From Chryseobacterium gleum (GTDB taxonomy: Bacteria > Bacteroidota > Bacteroidia > Flavobacteriales_C > GCA-002722245): 64,000 nt of DNA. Position 1 is the stretch's first letter, and each line of letters starts with the position of its first letter. The stretch spans positions 4,308 through 68,307 of the forward strand of contig CAMBXP010000002.1 in the NCBI GenBank assembly GCA_945871895.1, given 5' to 3'. Of the stretch, positions 48,646 to 60,700 are shown in pieces. The notes beneath the pieces are model-generated. The model saw only the letters and a program-made list of their open reading frames with translations. It had not been told where the DNA came from and did no database searches. Both the position numbers and the translations under genes were made by a program.

Positions 48646-51600
48646 ATGAAAGCACTAAGAAAAAATGCGAAACTAATTAGTAGTGGATTATTACTCACTA
48701 TGGTTTTCGAAATTCTTGCACCCGTTAGTTTACTAGCTAATACCGATAGTGAAAATCAAGTTGAATATTCCAATGCATCAGGTGGCGGATCTGAAATGGT
48801 GAATATGTACAATGGAGCATTAAATTACTCATTGCCTTTAATGTCAATCCCTGGTCAAAATATTGGTTATAATCTTACTCTTTCTTATAATTCCGATGAA
48901 TCGAAAATGCTCAACACATCAAGTTTTGTAGGTTTTGGTTGGAATTTGAATTTAGGTTCTATTACGCGTCAGGTTCAAGCTGTACCCGATGATTTTAAAG
49001 GAGATCAAATATTATATCGAAATCATGTTAAGCCATACAGATCTGTAGATATTGGTTTAGGCGAATTAACTAGTACCGAGTACGGTGGAATGGTTTTAAG
49101 TCTCCCAGGAGATACTAGTTGTACGCCTAAAAGTTCATATACCGGCCATCTATACTGGGATAATTATACAGGTTTAGGTGCTCGAATTGGATATAATAAA
49201 AGTGGTGCCTTGGGCCCTTTGTCTGTGGGGTTGGAAATTGATACAAAAAGAGGTGTTGGCTATAATTTAAGTGGATCGTATGGTTTTATTAATGCAGGTA
49301 TTTCGGGGCAATTTAATCAAGGATTATCCTCGGCTTCTCTTGGCTATTCTGGAACAGGATATCAAGGTTCAACAGGTATTTTGTTTAATACGATGGTTTC
49401 CGCTCCTCAAATGCCAATGCATACTAAAATTTATTCTGGTCATGCAAAATTTGGTATGAATATGAATCCTCCTTATGAGGTAACAAATCCTGATGGAAGC
49501 AAAGAGACAAATGATTTTAAAAAATATTTTAAAACTGGAGGTTTTTACATTGAGCAGCTTCAACATAAAAATTACGGATTGCTGGGGTCGTTAAAGGTTA
49601 CTTATGTTAAAAGTACAGTTAAGCAAGAATATTATTCTACTCCAGCTTATGGTTATTTGTATAAGTCTTCTGATTTAAGTGCTAATAATGTTAAAGATTT
49701 TACCCGTTATAATTTAAGTTATACAAAAGGCACTGAATTTTTGCCAGTTAGTCAGTTGGGGAATGATATTTTTGTTCAGAATGACCAAGGTTCTGGAGGT
49801 GTTTTTACGGCTAGAACAAAGAACTTTGATGTTTGGTCTACTACAGGTGTTCAGTCTACCACAAAACAAAAAGATCTTGGAGGGGAGTTTTCTATTTCTA
49901 ATTTGTTCGCAATTCTAGAAGATCCAGCAACAATTTGCCAAGAAGCTGAGCCAGTGTTAGCAAACCCTGCTTTTCACGCTGGGGTAAATTTTTTAACTGG
50001 CGATGGAATTTCGTATGGAGGTGCTTTTACAAATTCATCCACCAATAAAAGTAATCTTAAAAATATAAGCGATGATTCGTATCGTTTACCATTGGTGAAA
50101 AATTCTGAAATATATATAGAGAGAAATAATGAAAAAGCATTAATTGGTTTTGGTGATGACGAGCCTAGAAGAATGAAGGTTGATAGAAAAGGTTCCTTCA
50201 TGTCTGGTCAACAAAAATATTATGTATTGCCTGAAAATGAGAATGAAGACAAGCAAACTTCATGGGATGTTTTTTGGAATGGCGGAAATGGATCTTATGC
50301 AACAAGCAGTTCTTTTGTTAATGCAAAGGTTGCCGATTATAAACAACACTCTTATGTGCAATATTTAACTACTTCAGAAGCTATTTCTTACGGTAGATCT
50401 AAGAGCTTTGGTTATTTAAGTAAATTGAAAAGTGATGCTACGGCGAATAGGCTTAGGGCAGGCGATGTTTTGAATTCCGATTTAAGAGGAGATCGCTCTC
50501 ATCATATCGCCGAAATTAATGTTTTTGAAACCAATGGTTTAATTTATACTTACGGTGAGCCCATTTATAATATACAAAGAAACGATGCCATGTTCTCTCT
50601 TCAGCATGAAGAAGGAGGTGACTGGGAGGGTGTTGAAGTGAATCAATTTGAGAAACCATTACCATCAGCAAACAAAATAAAAAATGGTGTAACATACGGT
50701 AAAGCTAAACCTGTTAGTTCCGGCAGCGACTTGCATGCAGGTATGGAAATGTTAAATGTTTCTATGGTGCCAGAGTATGTGGCTACCTGGCCTGCATCTA
50801 TGATAACTTCAGCCGATTATGTAGACTTAACAGGTAATGGACCTTCTAAAGATGATTTAGGTGGTTGGGTTAAATTTAATTACTCTCAGCAAGATGAAAT
50901 TCAAGATTACAGATGGAGAACTCCTTATTCTAATGTTCAAGTAACCGATGGTGTTAAAGGTCAGTCGGGTGACGACATGGGGTTTTACCGCTCAGGCATT
51001 AAAGATGTGAAATACATTACTTCTATCGAAACCAAAACTCATATTGCAGTTTTTCATTATTCAGATAGGAAAGACGGACACGAAGTGGCGAGCGAGTTAG
51101 ATGGAGGCAGAGGTAGCAGATCTCTTAAGAAATTAGATTACATAGAGTTGTTTCTAAAAAGGCTTGATTTAACTGATGGCTCAACTACTTTGGTGCAAAA
51201 AGTAAACTTTGAATATGATTATTCTGTTTGCCCCAATGTGCCCGATAATAATGGTGCAACTTATCAAGTCGATATCAATGTTGATGGTGTTTTAGAAGAT
51301 GGAAATCAAAATGCAGGTAAGCTTACATTGCGAAAAGTCTATACTACATTTTATGATTCAAATAAAGGGGAAAACTACAAATACGAATTTAACTATGGAA
51401 TCAATACAACAGATACTGATCCTTTGCTTCATACTCAAGACACCCTTTTTAACCCTTCTTACAATAGAGGTAATTTAGATCGTTGGGGTAATTTCAAAAA
51501 GAATTTCGATGAAAATGGAAACCCTGTAAATGCAAATTATCCTTTTCAAGATTTTTCTTATACCGAAGAAGCAGATTCTAAAAATGCTAATTTAATAGGG

Positions 51601-54600
51601 ATGCCAGCTCCTTGGTGTTTGCGTGAAGTATTGTTGCCAACAGGAGCGTCAATGGAATTCGAATATGAAAACCGAGATTATGCTTATGTTGAAGATAAGC
51701 CTGCTACAAAGATGTACGATATAGTGAGTGTAGATAATTTGAAAGGAATAAAAAAAGCTGTTGAAAGTGGTATTGATTTAGGATTTGGTTTTGCACCTGC
51801 TCCAGCACTAACATCTTCAGCGAGCAGACATGTTACTAAAAAAAGCAATAAAGATTTAACCAATTCTTATGATGAAGATGGTTTAACAAGTATAGGTACA
51901 AGTAAAAATCATGTGGCCATTAAACTTCCTTTTCAAGAGTTCAATAATTTATATGATGACGATGCTCGACGCGACTACTTTTACAAAAATTATATTCAAG
52001 GCATAGAAAAAGAACTTTACATTAAGGCTTATGTCTTTTTAGAAGATGAGATTCATCATGCTTTAACCAGCGAGCAAGAAAAGAACTACGATTTTGTTGA
52101 GTTAATGTCAAAAATAGATGATGACACCTTGGGTGATATCCCTTACGGTGTATATCAATTTGGCAATGAATATTATGGTTTGATAGATCTAGACCCTGTA
52201 TTTCCGCAGGTAGACCCTGTAAACATTGCTAAAATGGTAGCCACTGGCAAGATTTTGTCAGCAGCGGTATGTACTGATCCTATTGGTGCTATTAAAGCTG
52301 CCGCTATCGAGCATATTAAAACCAAACGTCCAGAGTTGTATTATGGAACGCTGGGCGATAAAGCCTCTATTAATCCAATTCATGCTTTAAACTTAATTAA
52401 TACTGCAATTACTGGTATGACTTGTACTTTGTTAAGTCAAGGTTACGCAAATTATATTCGTTTCAATGGTTGGTCGAAAATTCGTTTGAAAGATCCTAGA
52501 CATATTCAAGCGGGAACGAATGTTGAAGTAAATAAAATTGGTGGTGGTTATAGAATAAAAACTGTTACTCTTAACGACAATTGGAAAGAAGATGCTCCAG
52601 AAAAACCATACTCATACAAACAAAGCTATGAATATACCATGTATGAGGGAGAAGGCACAGAAAAGCATCTTATTAGCAGTGGTGTTGCTATCGAGCCATT
52701 AACGGCGCGTGAAGAAAATGCCGATTATAAACTGTATTACTATCAAGAAAAAATTCCCTTGGCTGAAAACAATACGAGATATATTGCGGGTCATCCTCTA
52801 GACATGTACAACACAGGTGTTTCTGTGGGGTACAGAAAAGTAACAGTAAGAAATCAATATCCCGCAGGACTGGAAAGTCAAATTAAAAAATCTATTGCTC
52901 CGCATACTGTTTACGAATTCTTTACGCCAAAAGAATTTCCTATTATAAAGAAGTCAACTCAAACTACAGCACAAAATAATCCAATGAAATACATGCACAG
53001 TATTGCAGGAGTTGAGAGCACTAATATTATCGATAATATGGTGAGCCAGGGTTACACAGTTGTGAAAAATGATATGGCAGGTAAACTGAAATCGATTACA
53101 CAATTAACACGTGAAGGAGATAATGTTATTTCTAGCCAAACTTATAAGTATTTCAGCAATAATAAAACGGTAAATGAATGGAGTTATAGTCCCAATTTTA
53201 AATCTATGGAATTAGGTGGGGCAAAAGTTGTTGATCATCTTAAAAATGATGGAATCAATTCGTTGAATTCGGGAGTTGCAGATACAGCCGATAAAATGAA
53301 AATGGAAGAAATAAGAATTGGTGAAGATTATGATGTGTGGTTAGATGTAAATGAGAATAGTGAAAATATGGATGAAACAGGTTGGGTGCAATTCAATGCT
53401 GGTTTAACATCTGTACCTGCCTTGCTGTATATTATGCCAATATTTTTTATGCCTCACAATACTTCATCTTCTAGTGATAAACAGGTTGTTTTAAATAAAG
53501 TAATTAGCAGAAGAGGAATTCTGCAGCAGGTAATTACCCAGAAAGATCAGTCAGAAATTCGCACTGAATATTTGGCGTACGATCAAGAAACAGCTGCGCC
53601 ATTGCTTACGCGTGTCGACAATGAATGGCATTCAACCAATGCCCAAAAAGAGCAAAGCGCGATTACTGCAAAAGAACCTATGATTTATAAATTCACCCGT
53701 CCAGCATATTGGGAGTATAATTATAACCCAATAAATGGAGAGAGCGTTGTAGAAACACCTTTTTTAGGTGCTTACAAAACAATAGATAAATCATTTGCCA
53801 ATTTATCTATTGTTGGAGGTAATATACAGTTGGCGCCAAATACATTAACAGATGGAGATAAGGTAACGTATAAAAAAGGGAGTGTGGTGTACATAGGCTA
53901 TATTCTTCGCGATGAAGTAAGTAAGCAGTATAAATTATATAATGCCGATTTTTCTGCTATTGAAGCCAGTGACGTCAGCGAATTTAGAGTAATCCAATCA
54001 GGTAACACAAATTTAGTAAACACAACAGTAGGTGAATTGGTTTTTAAAGACACTAATTTAAGTGCTAGTAAAGTTCTGCTTCCTGTTAGCTATCTGAATG
54101 CTTCAGCAATTACCTTTGGTGGCAAGTGGGACAGGGAATGCTGCGACACTTATTTAGGTCAATTTAGCAACAATACTTTTATCAATGGTTCTCGCAATAA
54201 ATGGATGCCTTACCAATCTTTTGTTTTTCATAACAACAGAGATTATTCTGCTTCTTCATTTTCTCAAAGAGGGTTAATTTCAAATTTCACCAGCTTCAAT
54301 TGGCAAACATCTAGAAGCAACAACTGGGTTCTGTCTAGTACGGCAGTGAAATACGATTTGTGGAATAATCTTATCCAGCAAAAAGATGCTCTAGGTTTAT
54401 CATCGTCATCAATTTATGGTTATGGTAAAATGGCTGTAACAGGTGTTGCTTCTAATGCCACAAGAAAGGAGTTTGGTTTAGAGAATTTCGAAGAAAAAGG
54501 GTATATGCATTGTAATGATAATGGGAATTTAGGCATTTCTACTAATTTGCCTTTTATGGATCTTCTCAATATAAAAGGAACTATTACCAATGAAAAATCA

Positions 54601-54690
54601 CATACAGGTAAATATTCTTTAAAAGTTAATAGAGACCAAAAAATCGTGATATCCAATAAAATTGCTTGTGAATCGAATACAACGCATTAA
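48646..54690 (+). CDS. SpvB-domain (TcB/TcaC N-terminal-like) giant protein
   Basis: 2014 aa. Hydrophobic N-terminal segment, then the SpvB signature (NGALNYSLPLMSIPGQNIGYNLTLSYNSDE...FVGFGWNLNLGSITRQ), which matches the conserved pattern in Tc-toxin B subunits and Salmonella SpvB N-termini. Long beta-rich remainder with scattered YD-like motifs. Confidence 0.7.
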   Translation: MKALRKNAKLISSGLLLTMVFEILAPVSLLANTDSENQVEYSNASGGGSEMVNMYNGALNYSLPLMSIPGQNIGYNLTLSYNSDESKMLNTSSFVGFGWNLNLGSITRQVQAVPDDFKGDQILYRNHVKPYRSVDIGLGELTSTEYGGMVLSLPGDTSCTPKSSYTGHLYWDNYTGLGARIGYNKSGALGPLSVGLEIDTKRGVGYNLSGSYGFINAGISGQFNQGLSSASLGYSGTGYQGSTGILFNTMVSAPQMPMHTKIYSGHAKFGMNMNPPYEVTNPDGSKETNDFKKYFKTGGFYIEQLQHKNYGLLGSLKVTYVKSTVKQEYYSTPAYGYLYKSSDLSANNVKDFTRYNLSYTKGTEFLPVSQLGNDIFVQNDQGSGGVFTARTKNFDVWSTTGVQSTTKQKDLGGEFSISNLFAILEDPATICQEAEPVLANPAFHAGVNFLTGDGISYGGAFTNSSTNKSNLKNISDDSYRLPLVKNSEIYIERNNEKALIGFGDDEPRRMKVDRKGSFMSGQQKYYVLPENENEDKQTSWDVFWNGGNGSYATSSSFVNAKVADYKQHSYVQYLTTSEAISYGRSKSFGYLSKLKSDATANRLRAGDVLNSDLRGDRSHHIAEINVFETNGLIYTYGEPIYNIQRNDAMFSLQHEEGGDWEGVEVNQFEKPLPSANKIKNGVTYGKAKPVSSGSDLHAGMEMLNVSMVPEYVATWPASMITSADYVDLTGNGPSKDDLGGWVKFNYSQQDEIQDYRWRTPYSNVQVTDGVKGQSGDDMGFYRSGIKDVKYITSIETKTHIAVFHYSDRKDGHEVASELDGGRGSRSLKKLDYIELFLKRLDLTDGSTTLVQKVNFEYDYSVCPNVPDNNGATYQVDINVDGVLEDGNQNAGKLTLRKVYTTFYDSNKGENYKYEFNYGINTTDTDPLLHTQDTLFNPSYNRGNLDRWGNFKKNFDENGNPVNANYPFQDFSYTEEADSKNANLIGMPAPWCLREVLLPTGASMEFEYENRDYAYVEDKPATKMYDIVSVDNLKGIKKAVESGIDLGFGFAPAPALTSSASRHVTKKSNKDLTNSYDEDGLTSIGTSKNHVAIKLPFQEFNNLYDDDARRDYFYKNYIQGIEKELYIKAYVFLEDEIHHALTSEQEKNYDFVELMSKIDDDTLGDIPYGVYQFGNEYYGLIDLDPVFPQVDPVNIAKMVATGKILSAAVCTDPIGAIKAAAIEHIKTKRPELYYGTLGDKASINPIHALNLINTAITGMTCTLLSQGYANYIRFNGWSKIRLKDPRHIQAGTNVEVNKIGGGYRIKTVTLNDNWKEDAPEKPYSYKQSYEYTMYEGEGTEKHLISSGVAIEPLTAREENADYKLYYYQEKIPLAENNTRYIAGHPLDMYNTGVSVGYRKVTVRNQYPAGLESQIKKSIAPHTVYEFFTPKEFPIIKKSTQTTAQNNPMKYMHSIAGVESTNIIDNMVSQGYTVVKNDMAGKLKSITQLTREGDNVISSQTYKYFSNNKTVNEWSYSPNFKSMELGGAKVVDHLKNDGINSLNSGVADTADKMKMEEIRIGEDYDVWLDVNENSENMDETGWVQFNAGLTSVPALLYIMPIFFMPHNTSSSSDKQVVLNKVISRRGILQQVITQKDQSEIRTEYLAYDQETAAPLLTRVDNEWHSTNAQKEQSAITAKEPMIYKFTRPAYWEYNYNPINGESVVETPFLGAYKTIDKSFANLSIVGGNIQLAPNTLTDGDKVTYKKGSVVYIGYILRDEVSKQYKLYNADFSAIEASDVSEFRVIQSGNTNLVNTTVGELVFKDTNLSASKVLLPVSYLNASAITFGGKWDRECCDTYLGQFSNNTFINGSRNKWMPYQSFVFHNNRDYSASSFSQRGLISNFTSFNWQTSRSNNWVLSSTAVKYDLWNNLIQQKDALGLSSSSIYGYGKMAVTGVASNATRKEFGLENFEEKGYMHCNDNGNLGISTNLPFMDLLNIKGTITNEKSHTGKYSLKVNRDQKIVISNKIACESNTTH

Positions 54691-54701
54691 AAAATAATTT
54701 T

Positions 54702-55151
54702 ATGAAGTATATATTTTATTTATTCCTAGGATTTCCTCTTTTTACTTTTGCACAAATAAAAGTAAAAAGTAGCAGCAGTTGTGTAAGCCCTCATCGTGCC
54801 GATTTAAGTGGTACATGCGTGAAATATTATATCACAACCTTTGCAGATTCTAACTATGTTGCAAACGGAGATTCAATAATTTTTAAGGTTACAACTACTA
54901 CAAATGAAGTGTACTTGAAAAAATTATTGTTTCATATAAATCCTGAAACTGGTTCAGGTAAATTCATTCCAGTTTTTTCAGAAACAAAAGATTGTAATGT
55001 GGTTTTTTTGAACAAAAAGAATGGAGATTTTGAGGTTTCTTGTTTTAGTCCAATTCCCCAAAATTATTGTTCACTGAATTTGATTTTTATTTCAAAATCT
55101 TTAAATCAAGTTTTCTCAGCTCCTTCAATACAATTAAAAGGATGTCAGTAA
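54702..55151 (+). CDS. Small secreted hypothetical protein
   Basis: 149 aa. Signal peptide (FPLFTFAQ). Several Cys residues. No recognisable domain. Confidence 0.4.
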   Translation: MKYIFYLFLGFPLFTFAQIKVKSSSSCVSPHRADLSGTCVKYYITTFADSNYVANGDSIIFKVTTTTNEVYLKKLLFHINPETGSGKFIPVFSETKDCNVVFLNKKNGDFEVSCFSPIPQNYCSLNLIFISKSLNQVFSAPSIQLKGCQ

Positions 55152-55195
55152 TTAAATAAATGAAAAAATAATTAGTAGCTCAATAATATATTTCG

Positions 55196-56938
55196 ATGAA
55201 AACTATAAAAGATATTTTGATTCTTTTTTTATGCATTTTTTGTGCATTTGAATTAAACGCTCAGGAGCCAATTGCTCCACCACAACAATTTAGTTGTGCT
55301 TTAATTGGTGAAGAGCTGAATGGTTGGCATTTTAGCGGTGGGTCTTTTAGAGCTTGCAATGGCGGATCAACACCAGAGACTAGTTGTAATACGTGTTTAG
55401 GTACAGGAGTTCTTGCTGAATGCTGCAGGGGTATTACTTGTTTAGATAATAATATTGTAGGTAGTCAGGGGCAAAGTTCAACCGTTTTCAGAAATGTTGA
55501 AGGAATGTCATTATTACCAGACCCTCACTATGGTAAGGATCGATTGTTTCAATATATACAGAATCAAAATGCACTTGATCCAAATCATCCATGTATAAGT
55601 CAAGTTAAGCCGGGTTCTAACGCTTCAGTTCGCTTAGGGAGCTATCAACCTAGTTCCGATTTGCGGGCAGAACCTAGTAATTTAGCGCAAGTATATTTCG
55701 ACTTTATTGTTGATCCATCCAAGCCATTTTACGAATATTCATATGCATTAATTATTGGTGATAATCCCTCATTAACATACGTTGATAATGCTGGAGAAAC
55801 AGTTAATGTAATACCTCATCCACACGGTGGAAAGTCATTCTTTGAAGTTCGAGTTTACGACATTTCTAATATTAATCAGCAAAATTTGCCGCTAATTTAT
55901 GATAAGCATGTATCTAATCAAGCTGAAGAAATAATATGTGGAAGCAATTTGTATACTCCTCATTCTGAAAAAGCTGGGTTTAAGAATATAAGCACTTATC
56001 CCAATGAAAGTTGTGGTGAGGTTGATCAATTTAGTGACATTTTTGTTAAGAATTGGTCGTCAAATATTATTGATTTAAGAGCAAAGAAAAACCGTAAAAT
56101 TAGAGTAGTTTTTACAGTTACAGGTTGTGCTTATGGAGGTCATTATGCCTATGCGTACCTCGATGCTTCTTGCTTAAACAGGGTTATTAAGCCCGAAACT
56201 GTTTGTGTGGGCGATTCGGTGCAGTTAGAATTTACTGGAGTAGGAGTTGATACAAATGAGCATTTTACTTGGAATGTAGGAAATCAAGCAGTTTCACATG
56301 ACAAAAGTCCTAAGTATGTTTTTGCAAGTAGTGGTGAAAGAGATGTGAGTTTAACTGTTGTTAATGATCATCCTAATCCTTCTTGCAGGACGACGAATTT
56401 CACAGAGATTATCAATGTTATCAATTGCATTGTTTGTGATACCTGCGACATCAAATTTTCTCTCAAACCCAATCAAAAGTATGTTCTTGGCGCATGGGCT
56501 CAAGAGGGAGTAGCTCAACCTTTCAATAGTTTTGCCTTCAATGCCCCTCAAATAAAACTAATTTTTAAAGACAAGCAAGACAACATTCTATCTTCTTTTA
56601 TTTTTGGTACTTCTGGTAAAGTGGTAGATGGTTGGCAACGAATTGAAGAAGAATTTATAGTGCCTGCAGGTGCTCAAAATTTAGATATTGAATTTATCAA
56701 TACCAACTCTAGTATTCCTGTGTATTTCGATGATTTCCGTATTCATCCTTTTAATTCGAGCATGGTTACTTATGTGTATAATCAAGAAACAATGCAATTA
56801 GAGGCACAACTAGATGAGAATAATTTTTATACCCGATACATCTATGATGAGGAAGGTAATTTAGTGAAAACTACGGTAGAAACAATTGATGGAACACGAA
56901 CCGCAGCAGAGACAAGGTCTAATATTCAAAGAAAATAA
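55196..56938 (+). CDS. Secreted Cys-rich protein with PKD-like domain and a C-terminal YD repeat
   Basis: 580 aa. Signal peptide. Cys-rich N-terminal part. PKD-like segment (FTWNVGNQAVSHDKSPKYVFASSGERDVSLTVVND). The C-terminus carries a YD-repeat motif (YTRYIYDEEGNLVKTTVETIDGTRT). Confidence 0.5.
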   Translation: MKTIKDILILFLCIFCAFELNAQEPIAPPQQFSCALIGEELNGWHFSGGSFRACNGGSTPETSCNTCLGTGVLAECCRGITCLDNNIVGSQGQSSTVFRNVEGMSLLPDPHYGKDRLFQYIQNQNALDPNHPCISQVKPGSNASVRLGSYQPSSDLRAEPSNLAQVYFDFIVDPSKPFYEYSYALIIGDNPSLTYVDNAGETVNVIPHPHGGKSFFEVRVYDISNINQQNLPLIYDKHVSNQAEEIICGSNLYTPHSEKAGFKNISTYPNESCGEVDQFSDIFVKNWSSNIIDLRAKKNRKIRVVFTVTGCAYGGHYAYAYLDASCLNRVIKPETVCVGDSVQLEFTGVGVDTNEHFTWNVGNQAVSHDKSPKYVFASSGERDVSLTVVNDHPNPSCRTTNFTEIINVINCIVCDTCDIKFSLKPNQKYVLGAWAQEGVAQPFNSFAFNAPQIKLIFKDKQDNILSSFIFGTSGKVVDGWQRIEEEFIVPAGAQNLDIEFINTNSSIPVYFDDFRIHPFNSSMVTYVYNQETMQLEAQLDENNFYTRYIYDEEGNLVKTTVETIDGTRTAAETRSNIQRK

Positions 56939-56962
56939 TATAGATGTTTTGCGAATAAAATC

Positions 56963-57691
56963 ATGCAAATGAAATTGATAAATAGAACCCGGTTAGCAAA
57001 TCATAAAATGTTGCAGTCATTTTGTGTTGTTGCGTTTTTATTATTCAATGGATTGTTGTTTTCTCAAGATTTTGCTGCCGATTTTCAAGCGGTACAGAAA
57101 TTTAATCAAAATGAAATTCTTGCTTTGGAATTCACGGTTGAAAGTCATTTTAAAATGGGTGATACTGATACTCTTATTGTTTACAAAGGAAGTTCTGTAA
57201 GGTATAACGAGATGTATTATTCTAAAAATGGTAGTATAGAAATTATAGCCGATAATAATGTTATGATTACTGCCGATCATAAAAACAAAACTCTAAAATT
57301 ATATTCCCCAGCTATTTTAAAAGAGATACAAAGAAAACAAGCGATGTCTTTCAGTTTTGTGGATGAACAAAGAGATTCTGTTGTGTATTTAGGCTTGTTT
57401 GCCAACATTAAAAAGTACGAGGTCTTCACAAAAAACAATACTATAAATTCAGTTGTAGTAAAAATCGATGAACAAAACCGCTTGTGCGAATTAACTATTA
57501 ATTATTTGCCAAATCAAAGTGGTTTGCTAACCACTTCTACAAAATTCAGCAACTATAATACTCAGTTTAAAAAAAACGATTTTGTGTGGAAAACACAAGA
57601 TTTTGTGCTTCATAAAAAGAAGGAATATATTCTTACTCCTTCATTCGAAAAATATAGGCTATTTAACAACATAGAATTAGAAAAGAATTAA
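56963..57691 (+). CDS. Secreted hypothetical protein
   Basis: 242 aa. Signal peptide. No recognisable domain. Confidence 0.4.
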   Translation: MQMKLINRTRLANHKMLQSFCVVAFLLFNGLLFSQDFAADFQAVQKFNQNEILALEFTVESHFKMGDTDTLIVYKGSSVRYNEMYYSKNGSIEIIADNNVMITADHKNKTLKLYSPAILKEIQRKQAMSFSFVDEQRDSVVYLGLFANIKKYEVFTKNNTINSVVVKIDEQNRLCELTINYLPNQSGLLTTSTKFSNYNTQFKKNDFVWKTQDFVLHKKKEYILTPSFEKYRLFNNIELEKN

Positions 57692-57785
57692 AGTGCGCAG
57701 TATGAATTTTTTGAATTTACAATTTCAACAAGTCAAATGTTTAACCAACATTTTAAAATACCAGCGCAATAAAAAATCGTGTGAT

Positions 57786-60700
57786 ATGAAAAGTATTATC
57801 TCTCCTTTAAAAATTTGGCTATTTGCATTCCTTATTACTTTACCTACTTATGTTTTAAATGCGCAAGGAGATTTCTTTCGTGGTGCAAATGAATTGCAGG
57901 TGGGTTCTGTAATGGAGGTTGTTAATACTTCTAATACCCCTGTAGGAGAATATAATCCTGTAGTAATTAAACTTAAATACGATGACTTAAAAATTGAAGA
58001 ATCGGCAAGTGATTTTAAAGTTAAAATTGATTTCACTCTTAGAAAATTTAACGAGAATGGCACAGAAATCTCTACGGCCGAAAATGGCAGTTTGTATTTA
58101 CAACACATTTCTGGTAAAAAGGAAGTGGTTGATGAGCAAGTTTATGTTGGGGGTACCGCGCACAAAGCCGAGTTAACAATTACTGCTATAGCTGGAGATT
58201 ATTTTATTACCGATGATATGGTTTTGCAAATGGACATAAAGCAAAATATCACCAATACTTTTAATTCGTTACTTGCTCCCTCAGCTCTTGCTTGTGATTT
58301 TTTGAAAAAGCAAAGCGATGAAGAAATATTGTTTACATGGAATTATTTTGAGTCGGCTAATAGCTATGAATTAGAATGGGTATTTTTAAGTGATGAAGTA
58401 AGCACACCCATTACAACATTCACTAATGAATTATTTAATAAAGCGACACGTGTTGTTACTCCAAATCAACATTATAGTATTGCTGCGCCATACTCAAAAG
58501 GTGTTTTATGCTATAGAGTGCGAGCCTTAGGTGAGCAAAGTATTCCTGCTACATCACCAGCCATCTATTTCCCTATAAAAAGTGAATGGAGTACTATAGG
58601 GAATATTTCAGTTGCTACAGGGGGGAATGTAGCTGTTTTCGAAAAAGAAAAAAGCTGGAGTTATACAGCTATGTATAGTAGTAACGGACTAAAAAGTGAG
58701 CAAATATCATATGTAGATGCTACAGGTAGAGTGCGTCAACAAATTGTAAAAGACGATGCCAACGGTAATGTAATTGTAGGAGAACAAAAATACGGTTACA
58801 ATGGTGAGCCTAGTATTCAAGTTTTACCTGGTATTATTCCCGGAAAACAATTAAGTTATCGTCAGAATTTTACCAAGTACAACAATCAGCCTTTCGATAA
58901 AGAGAATTTTGCTACCGATGCTAAATTAGCTGCTCCCGACCCTTTAGATACTAATCATAATTATTTCTCATCTGCTAATCCATTTAAAACAGATGGTTTG
59001 CATAGTTATGTTGGCGATGCCGAAGGATATGGCTATGCGCAAACGCTTTTCGATGCTCAGGGCCGTGTAACAAGGGTAAGTGGCGTAGGCGTGAATCATA
59101 AAATGGGTAGCAATCACGAAGTGGAAATTTGGTACGGTAATCCCGTGCAAGATGAGTTAGATAGATTGTTTGGTAATGAGGTTGGTTATGCCGATCACTA
59201 CAGTAAGGTCATGACCAAAGATGCCAATGGTGTAGTAAGTACAAGTTACTATAATCTATCGGGCCAATTAATAGGCACTGCTTTAGCAGGTACAAAACCC
59301 GATAAATTGGAAGATTTAAGTAACGATAATTACACTGCCGAACAGCAAGTCTCGTTCAATTTAGCCGAACATAACGAATATCGTGAACAAACCAATAGCA
59401 CGGTTATCAATCACGATTTTTTAAGTAGTGTTGCTCAGCAGTACGATTTTACTTACCAAGTTACCCGAGAGTGGTATAAAAACAATTGTACAGGCTTAAC
59501 CGAATATGAGTGCAAATATATTTTAGAGGTTTACGTTACCGATAATCAAGACAATTTAATTGATCTTACTATTAATAGTGGTGGTGTTCAAACCGATTTT
59601 GCTAACGGTAAATTTACCAAACATCTATCTGGAACAGACTTTAATACTAACAATTATCAAATGAGTTTTTCTGCCAACTTTGGTATCGGCCAGTATAAAA
59701 TTTGGAAAGAATTGCGTGTTGATCCTGCTGGTTATGCAACAGCTAAAGCTAATGTTCTAGCCCAAATGCAAAGTGGTAACAGTTCTTGTGTTGAGAATTT
59801 TTCTACACTTAAACAAAAATATGAAGATAAGTATACTAGAGGTTTAAGATGTGATGGATGCGAGCAAGAGTGTGCCGAATTAGTAAATAAATATTATTCT
59901 AAATATACTCCTGCAGGTAGCACAGAAGTGCCTTTTGCAAGTGCAATAAGAAATCTTAGTACTTTCACTTTTAGTGGTGAAGTATTGAATTACGAGTTTA
60001 CCGAAGGAACAATTGTGAAACCAACTACTTGGGATCAAAACTATGCTTACTGCGTTGCCGAAAAATGTATTAAAGGAGATGTGCCAGATCCACAATTAAG
60101 CGCAGTAAATTGTGAAGGAATGAAGTTGATGTTCATGGAGGATTTGCAGCCTTACGGTCAATATTTCGACAACAGAGGTGTAAACGACTTAGATGATTTT
60201 TACAACAGTAGTTGGATGCGCGATCATATAGTTGTAGACAATAATAATGGTTTTGATGAGTTTAAATACGACGCGCCTTACGAAAAGAAATTAAAAAACA
60301 AAGGTGAGGTTGAAAGCTACGATATTGCTAAAGACAAGAATTTTGATGGAGATGGGAATGAAGAAATTGCTGATGATGAAAACGGCTATGAAACCATGCG
60401 CCGTAATTTCAAATACGGTGTTTGGGGAGGTGGCGAAATAGGTAAATTAGATCATTACGGCAACTGGTATCGTTATCACCCAGAAGTATGTGAATATATT
60501 TACTGTGATGCCACCAAAGATTATGTAAACTGGCAAGTTGGGTTTTTAGCAAAGTCATTTGCAGTTGCAGATGACGAGGTGAAATCAAAAGATAAAACTG
60601 CTAATGCTTTTGGAGGTGTTCATTTAATTGATCCTTTAAGAGAATCATCTAATAAAGATACTGTAACACAAATCATTAAGGAAAAAATAAACAAAAATGG

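Noticed and set aside
48646-54690. Calling the SpvB-domain protein a complete Tc-toxin B subunit
   Set aside because: Only the N-terminal SpvB signature is certain. The remaining ~1850 aa is longer than canonical TcB and its RHS repeats are not clearly visible by eye, so the annotation is kept at domain level.
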